Origin: Jimgerdemannia flammicorona
Lineage: Eukaryota
Length of the DNA stretch: 42,948 nt
Assembly: GCA_003990765.1 (NCBI GenBank)
Contig: RBNJ01000083.1
Location: 1 to 42,948 of the forward strand
Direction of reading: 5' to 3'
Shown here: positions 35,530-42,948 of the stretch, one piece after another
Numbering within the stretch: position 1 is the first letter of the stretch
How the letters are laid out: each line of letters begins with the position of its first letter
The notes under the pieces: model-generated
Told to the model about the DNA's origin: nothing
Seen by the model: the letters and a program-made list of their open reading frames with translations, nothing else
The model's database searches: none
Program-made: the position numbers and the translations under genes

Positions 35530-38364
35530 ACTCTTTGGCAGAATTTCAAAATCAGCTCATTTGCTAGATTGTATGCACAGACCAGCCATTTACAACCATT
35601 AAGAGTGATCAATTGCATAGTATCTTTGGTCTCCTCAAGCATGATTTATATTTGCTAAATACTGATACTATTCACAAAGATGTCCTGGAGGCCTATAGGA
35701 AAGAGCATAACAATCTCTACCAGATACTTCAGATAAAATAAGAGCAGTACCATGATCTTTGCAAGCTTAATTATATATATTTTTTTATAAAGAGCTTACA
35801 AATTTAACCTCATATTCAATAAGTAGAATTTTGTAGGCAAAATTTTATTTATGATCAACACATGGATATTCCCCAATATAATTTTATTTCTAAGTATTAC
35901 TGATCATTAGATTGACCTCAATTGGTAGCTTAAATCTCTCACCCTTGACTTTGTCAAACTTGCTAGCCCTCATTCTGGAGACAACATTACAGATGTTTTT
36001 ATTAGTTATATCCAGGAGCTTGGAATCACAACTAAGGTAAAAAAGAAAGGCTTGCTGTCAGATTGGTATTTTGAGAGAGATCTTAAAACAAAATAGATTT
36101 TATTGGTTATTTATTTTTACATAAATTTGCTAACCAAATATTTCAAGTACAGATTTTGGCCATTATGATAGACAATGCTACAAATAACTCAATGTTTTTC
36201 CAAGTTTTAGCAGCCAACCTCAAATAGGAAAATATGGCCTTCAGTACAGAAAGCTGCCATATATACATAATACCAGACCCACATACTGAACCTCACTATT
36301 TAGAACTATCTTATATATATAGACAAAACATCTGAGAGAGGAGGGGCCCTGAGTATAATTTCCAAGCTATACAAACTAGTTGTATTGGTCTGATTGTCTC
36401 TATAACAATAAGATAAATTTGTTATATAGTATAGGGTAATCAGTTTAGCTCTAAAAGAGCTTATATTGGACATCTGTATATATTGAAACTCAATATTTAC
36501 AATGATCCAGCATGTGCTGGAGTTTGCTATGGTATGTGTTCTTTTTTCTTTGGTCAGCTGAAGCAACTTATTTCAGATGATTGAAGATTTTTTTTTTTAA
36601 AAAAAAACAAAAAACAAAAAAAGTCAATAGATTCAATAGTAGCTGTCAACAAGGAAATATAGGACAAGGCTCTAGGTGAAAGTAAGTAGGATGTACTTAG
36701 GAATATTATCAGAGTTTTGGAAGTAAGTAGTGATTATTCTGGCTCTATACTTGTTTGTCTGCCTCTATATAATATAATACCTCACCACATATAACTGTCA
36801 GTGTTTTGATGATTGTATGAAGGATATAGTCAAACAAATAACCTCAACAATAAGCTCTGCAATAACAGTATACAACCTTCTAATTGATTGGCTAGAAGAT
36901 AAGCTCAAGGATAGGCTAGAGAGTTGTGGTAATTTATGGTTAAGCCTAGATCAAAGAGATATGGAGGTTGCTCTAAGCAAGCTCAGAAAATACTGCTCCA
37001 AAACAGATACTACCATATACTCAATCAGTACAGGTATGTCGACATATAGTCATTATCTCTTTTAAAATAGAGAAACTCTTGCAAAAACTCACTCTCTTTT
37101 CTCTGAATAGTGCTGGATCTATACTTAAAGCTACAATACTATAAAGATCAGAGCTGGGAGCAGTACTTCATTGAGAGAATTAAGTAGATCTCTTTCTCCA
37201 CTACCTTACTGGTTACAATAGTTTGGTAGACAACCTTTTGAGTCCACTTTTCATAATTATTACCCCCTCTATCTTGGGTTGGTTTGCTGTACTTGTTGTA
37301 GAGCAGTAAGAGGGAGGTAATGGTGATGAGTTGTCTCTTTATTGGTATCAGATCAGTGTTTTCTCCACTTTTTCACAGTTTCTGATGTCTTTGGATATAT
37401 CTGGAGTATATTTGTTTTGATACAGTACCTTCTTTCTTTTGTTGTCACTAACAAGATACTGTCTCAGTATGTCTTGGGCTATATAGGGAGTTGGCCAATC
37501 TTAGGCATCAAGTGCTCAGTATAGATTACCTGCAGGTCCTCAGTATCTGTAGTAGGGCCCTCTGGTTTTGGTAAGCTTTCTGGTGAGTATAGTTCTGGTA
37601 TAGGTGACTGCTTTTCAGGTGTTATTGAGATGGGAGGGGAGATAGCCATCATAGATAAGAGAAAGGGTGATAATGGTGAACCAGTAGAGTACCAGACTGG
37701 GGGCAGTTACATATTGGGGCTGGAGTGGGTGCTGCTTTAGTGGGGCCTTTTGATTGGTACAGTGTGGTTAGGTAGTAGATATCACTCTCAACTTCTTTTG
37801 GCAATTTAGCAGGTTGGGCTCTGGTTATTAGGAGGAGTCAGAGAGTCCAAGACTACCTATTTCAGGCATCTTAGCTACACTCAACTAGAACTAGGAGCTG
37901 ATTAGCAATGTGATTGAGGCCTACAGGCTTGAGTAGTGGGGTATTGAGGGTCTCCTCCCATCTCACATATAAGTCCTTTACTCATCTTAACTGAGAGAAC
38001 CAGGCTCTATCTACTGTGTTGTACTTTGATGAGGGTTTTTCTTTGCCTGTCATTCTCTTTGGAGTGGCAGGGGCTATTCTATTTAGCTTAGGCATAGTCT
38101 TATATATATGTTGGGTTCTTAGATATATACTTTCAGTCATTGGCATATGGCTGGGTTTCCCCTGGTGATAGAGAGAGCATAGTGTACAGAATGAGATGTG
38201 GGTCAACATAGACCCTGCTGCACCTGATATAGTCAAGCTGCTGGACAATAGCTAGCCTAGATTAATGGAGAGGCAGTGCTTAATGGGTGGTGGGAGAGGG
38301 TTTTGGTCTATCTAGTCTAGGTTTCTTTCCAATAAAAATCCATGGAACATTGAGTCTATTAATA

Positions 38365-38397
<33 letters not shown>

Positions 38398-38890
38398 TCA
38401 AGTAGGCTATAATTGAAGTATACTGGAAAAACTATGCACCACTATAAGGTTCCAGCCAAAGTCTGGATGAATATGCCAAGGGATCCCTCCTATCCCACAT
38501 TTACTTTAGTAGAAAGAGGAAGAGGGAGCTGTTAGTGAAAGAGCTGTCATCAATAGATGAACTTATCATTTATCTTGCCAGCAACTATATGATCCTGCTG
38601 GAGGACATGGAGGTGCTTAACTGGTTTGTCAGACAGGTGTTGGGCCAATTTAATTCACCAATCTAACCACCACTCTACCTACTAGAGTATACAGCTGTAT
38701 CAAATGGACTTCTTCAGCCTATGTAGTATAGCTCAGAACTACCTGGTGATTTCTGCCTCCAGTACTTCCATTGAGCAGGTGTTCTCAGATGGGGTGGACC
38801 TTGTTGCCCCAAAGAGGTGTATACTGAATACTGAGATAATCTGGGTATATATGTATATATCTGAAGTCTTGGTGAAGCTTGGGCTGCTAA
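35530..38890 (+). pseudogene. hAT transposase relic with introns, interrupted by a LINE fragment
   Basis: ILFMINTWIFPN..FLSITDH*ID.NW*LKSLTLDF..LASPHSGDNI; IMIDNATNN; LILDICIY*NSIFTMIQ (cf. TRWNST); IAQNYLVISASSTSIEQVFS (hATC dimerisation domain). Confidence 0.88.
37188..38390 (+). mobile_element. 5'-truncated non-LTR retroelement insertion with poly(A) tail
   Basis: Poly(A) 38364-38390; 15-bp TSD GAGAGAATTAAGTAG (37173-37187) / GAGAAAATCAAGTAG (38391-38405) differing by two transitions; transposase-like sequence resumes afterwards. Confidence 0.8.
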
Positions 38891-39029
38891 AATTCAGTGA
38901 GTCTTAGGAATTCATAGATAAGTTAGTTGGCTTTATGGAATATTTAATACCTTTCAAAAATAAAAGAAAAAAAAACCTGAGAACTCAGCCCAGAGTTTGT
39001 AGCCCAAGTGGGGTAGTGGTCAGTGGAGT

Positions 39030-40000
39030 TGGTAGTAGTAGAGAGAGCATACAAAATTTGCAGCCCTCTACCAGCAGTAGTGCTCTCAAATGAGTCAAAT
39101 CAATTCAAATCGAATTGAATTGAGGGTTAAATGAGTCGAATCGAATTGGGGATTTTTCAATTTGAATCAATTTGAATCAAATCAAAAGTCAAATCGAATT
39201 GAGGGTCTAATTCAAACCCTAATTTTCAAAATGCAATAACTCAGTGTAAACTCATCCAAATCTAACGTACTTTAGCTTGTTAGAATCACATTAATACGGT
39301 GAATCTAACAAGCTAAATTACATTAAATTTGGATGAGCTTTCATCGAGTTATTACATTTTGAAAATTAAGGTTTGAATTGAACTTCGAATCGAATTGGAC
39401 CTTTGATTTGATTCAAATAGAATCAAATTGGACTCTTGATTCGATTTGTTGGGAGCACTAACCAGCAGTAAGGGGCAGTTTCAAGCTGTCAGTATCTCAA
39501 GCTATCAGTACTTGGGTCAGTAGGCAGGTTAGTGGATATGGGGTCAGTAGAGGGAGTATACAAAATTTATAGTCCTCTGCCAGCAGCAAGAGGCAGCCCC
39601 AAGTCATAAGTGTCTGGGATGGAGGGGTTGGCAGAGGAGGAGGGTAGATGGAGAGAGTATGTAAAATTTGTAGCCCTCTGTCAGCAGTGAGAGGCAGCCC
39701 CAAGCTGTCAGTGCCCAGGTCAGTAGGTAGGATCAGTTGGCAGGATTAGTGGGCATAGGGTTAGTAGAGAGAGCATGCAAAATTTGTGGCCCTTTGCTGA
39801 TAGCAAGGGGCAGCCCTAAGCCACAAGTGTCGAGATGAGCAGGGCAGACAGAGAGAGTGTGCAAAATTTGCAGTATCAGCAGTATAGAGCTCCCCCCAGC
39901 AGTCTGTGTCTGGGCCAGAGATCAGCAGAGTTGGTGAAGAGAGTATGCAAAATTTGTGGCCCTCTACCAGCAGCATAGAGATAGTCCCAAGCTACCAAGG
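39030..40000. repeat. Degenerate ~90-120 bp tandem units inside the hAT element
   Basis: Core GAGAG(C/T)AT(G/A)CAAAATTTG..GCCCTCT.CCAGCAG...GGCAGCCCCAAG recurs about six times; MITE copy 2 sits inside the first unit. Confidence 0.85.
39078..39460. mobile_element. hAT-type MITE, copy 2
   Basis: TIRs TAGTGCTCTCAA / TTGGGAGCACTA, 8-bp TSD ACCAGCAG (39070-39077, 39461-39468). Confidence 0.93.
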
Positions 40001-40374
40001 AGTCTGAGTCTGGGTCAGAGGGTACTTCTAGTGGTTAGAGGGTGCTTCTGGCAATCAAAGAGTACTTCTGGCAGTCAGAGGATATTTCTAACAATTAGAG
40101 GGTACTTCTGGCAGTTGAAGTCTACTACAGATTTGGACCCCATTACCAGTTTGGGTCCCATGGACACCCTGGTCCTGTGCCATAGCACCACACTAGTAGC
40201 ACTACAAGAGCAGAGCCAAGGGATCAGTAGGGCCCAGCATAATGACTAAACTAGTACTACAGAAGAGGTACCTGGCTACCAGCCTAATCTGTATAAAATG
40301 ACTGCTGAACCCTTATGAAAGATTGTCTAACCCTTACAAAAGATTGCCTAATTCTCATGAAAGATTGCCTAACC

Positions 40375-41600
40375 CTCACAAAAACTGCTCCACCTGCTGA
40401 TCCCAGGTCTTGATGAGCCTGTTATCCATTGTAAGTATAACAACTATTATGTCTGAGCTCTCCTCAAAGGTGATGATACCATAGTAATTATATGGTTAAA
40501 ATAGGATAGCTATATTGACTATAAATGGGACCCTGAAACCATAGGTGAGATTGTACAGACTCCACTACTATTCTCCCAGATTGGGTCCTTCCTTTCCAGA
40601 ATGTAGAACATTATTGGAGTGATGTCATTGTCTATATGTGTGGACAGAGAAACATTGTACCTAATATATTCTGATGTGATATAAGTATATGATTGGATGA
40701 ACCCTTGGCCCAGAACCTCATACTGCCAGGTTGTACTTGTGGATGTCTGCCCTTAGTCCAGCCCCAGGAGCCCTGGCTTGGAAACCTACCAGATAGACAG
40801 TATCCAGTCAGTCCTTTTTGCATATGGGGGGGCAGAAACCCCCCAGGCTACAGAAACCCTCTAGGCTATAGCACCCAAAAAAAGTAGAGCTCCTCACCTC
40901 ATACAGCATGCTAAATTGTGCCAAGAATGTATATATAGCTATACGGAGATCACTACCAAGCTGGCCTGCTATACACTCTACCAATCTGCTCAAAAAACTC
41001 CAGATCATAGCTGCTATTGCTATATAGACTGTGTCATGCTCATATATAGTTTGCTCTTTGATAGTACTTCTAAAGTTCTGGTAGGGGTACAGAATCTTGT
41101 GTATCCCTGAAATTGTATCAAAAAGAGTATATTGGTGAAGAGTGTAATTATCTAGAGAGGAGTAAAAAAAAGAGAGATGAGTGCAGGAGATTTCAGAACT
41201 CTGAAACCCACCCTTTGCCAGTATTACAGTATACTCAATTCCTGTCCAAACTCCCCCTCTTTGCTTTTTTTGCCCCCTCTTTCCTGCCATTCAGTATTTG
41301 ATACAATTCTCACAAATCTCATTGATATAGTAGTAAAGCTCATTGCTATAGAGGTTTCTTACCACCATTACAACTACCTCTCTACATTTATTAATAATAA
41401 TATAGTTCTCTTCATCATTGGTTACTCCTACTGATCAATAGACCTCTTGGTCAAGAACAATTAGCTCTAATTTAAATGTAGACCCCCAAGTCTTGATAAC
41501 AATGCTAGTACTACTCATACTGAACATATTGCTCTTGAATTTCTCTATTTGATCAGATATCAGATATAGTTGAACTCAGATAACTTTGAACTCTTCTTTC
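40375..41600 (-). pseudogene. Possible TET/JBP-like 2OG-Fe(II) dioxygenase cargo relic; limits approximate
   Basis: After an AG acceptor at 40661: YNVSLSTHIDNDITP (HxD)...WENSSG/LYNLTYGFRVPF..NIAILF*PYNYYGI (restorable to P..HHGT); one frameshift needed. Confidence 0.4.
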
Positions 41601-42764
41601 CAATGGAACTGAGCTCTGATCTGAGGGGCCAAGATAAGTATGCAGATGGGTTGCATACAGACAGATTGTATATAGACAGATTATATACAGACAGATTGTA
41701 TGTGGGTAAGTTGCATGCAGATGAGTTGTATGCAGATGTGGGTGTTTTTTAGGAAGAGACCACATAAAAAATAAAGTTAAATAAAACATAGAGATGGATA
41801 TTATAGAAAAAGAGTATAAGTGAATGAGTGAGTGAGTTATATGCCAATGAGTTATATACTAATAAGTTGCATAAGTTATATGAGTTGTATAAGATTGCTC
41901 ACAAAGGCTTATTTCTGTTCCTTTTGAGACATCTATCATACAATGCATTGACTCAACAGCTCAGCCACCAAAGATATATCTCATAATATCTGTTAGCCTT
42001 TCTTTATCTTCACCAGATATTGCAAATAAAGTCAGCAGATCTTACCATAGAGCTGTGGACCCTAAAAAAAGCATGAGGTAAATTGGGTTGTACTGGGGAA
42101 ATTTAAATAAATACAAGTAAATAAGTGAGCAACCTATATTTACTATTGACTACTCCAAAAAGACTGCCATATACATAACTGTGAGGTCTGTGAATTCTGA
42201 GGTCCAAAGGGCTGCTGTGAGTTATTGCCAGAATTCTCTCTCATCCCCACCATTGCCACTACCATCACTATTACCACTGTCATTGCCACTACCATTACCC
42301 CTTTGGCTCTTGATGAGTAGCTTGTATACTGCCTATATGAGAAAGAATCCAACATTATCAGCAGAGAGTGCATTACTATCTCAAATACTCTCTCTTTTGA
42401 TGATCATTGTAGAGTAAAAAATGAGTAGACTGGATCAATATATGATTAAGGACTACTGTTTTGTTTGCTTGTAATATGGTAGAAAAGAAAAAAAAATAAA
42501 GAAAAAGAATAAAGAAAGAATAAAAGAAGAGAGAGAATAAAAAAAAAGGTAATGTCACCAAAGTATAGCAGGAAAAAAAAAACAAGAGCAAAAATGAATA
42601 AAAGAAAGAGTGATGTTACCAAAGATTTCAATCTGAATGGATCAATCTAGATCAGATCATGAGACTAATCTGAGTTGATTTGAATCTATTACATGATGAA
42701 TCTGAATCAAATCTCATCTAGATCAACTCCATCTATTTGGAGCACTAAGAGAGAGTAAAGACTC

Positions 42765-42811
<47 letters not shown>

Positions 42812-42948
42812 CAGAGAATAGTTATAATAATATCTTGAGTAAGGAGTATGGACAGCTTTTTTGAAATGAGATATGTAGAAAATGAGCTGCAAGAAATTAG
42901 AGAGTGAGAGAATAAAGTAGTGAGAGCAAAGATCCTATAAAAAAAAAA

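Larger units (their letters stand above)
34654..42747 (+). mobile_element. Large decayed hAT DNA transposon (~8.1 kb with nested insertions)
   Basis: TIRs TAGTACTTCAAA / TTTGGAGCACTA, 8-bp TSD AGAGAGAG (34646-34653, 42748-42755), TCTGAAT subterminal repeats at both ends, internal transposase relic. Confidence 0.88.

Noticed and set aside
36532-36628. T/A-run segment as another retro-insertion in the hAT transposase
   Set aside because: It begins GTATGT and ends TAG between collinear transposase motifs, so it is better explained as an intron.
39480-40390. Repeat cores separated by variable segments (CRISPR-like appearance)
   Set aside because: Cores are long and divergent, intervening parts are related to each other, no cas genes are present and the context is a eukaryotic TE interior.

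Overview
Eukaryotic, intron-rich genomic DNA, most likely an early-diverging fungus (Mucoromycota/Endogonales-like; inferred from gene content and style). GC-rich, CpG-normal gene blocks carry: the 3' exon of an NMT1/THI5-like binding-fold protein, a ~25-exon Vps10/sortilin with three luminal Vps10 modules, a Sis1-type DnaJ (probable GC-AG intron), a Ctr copper transporter, a CRAL-TRIO protein head-to-head with a PEX39-like gene, AP-1 mu, YKT6, an uncharacterised protein and an NDUFAF7/MidA-type methyltransferase. Two AT-rich, C>T/G>A-decayed transposon blocks interrupt them. Block 1 (13199-17344) is the main find: a decayed IS607-like element with two copies of an intron-containing serine recombinase (TnpA), a Pro-rich/SAP cargo relic, a nested hAT MITE and a full-length in-frame TnpB/Fanzor2 pseudogene. 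A CTAACGG direct repeat bounds it and predicts the TAM, the right end and the omegaRNA guide. Block 2 (about 31800 to the end) is a nested graveyard with an 8.1-kb hAT element (TIRs, 8-bp TSD, transposase relic) that contains a LINE fragment, a second MITE copy and a possible TET-like 2OG-Fe(II) dioxygenase cargo. All calls come from manual reading and translation; no database searches were run.
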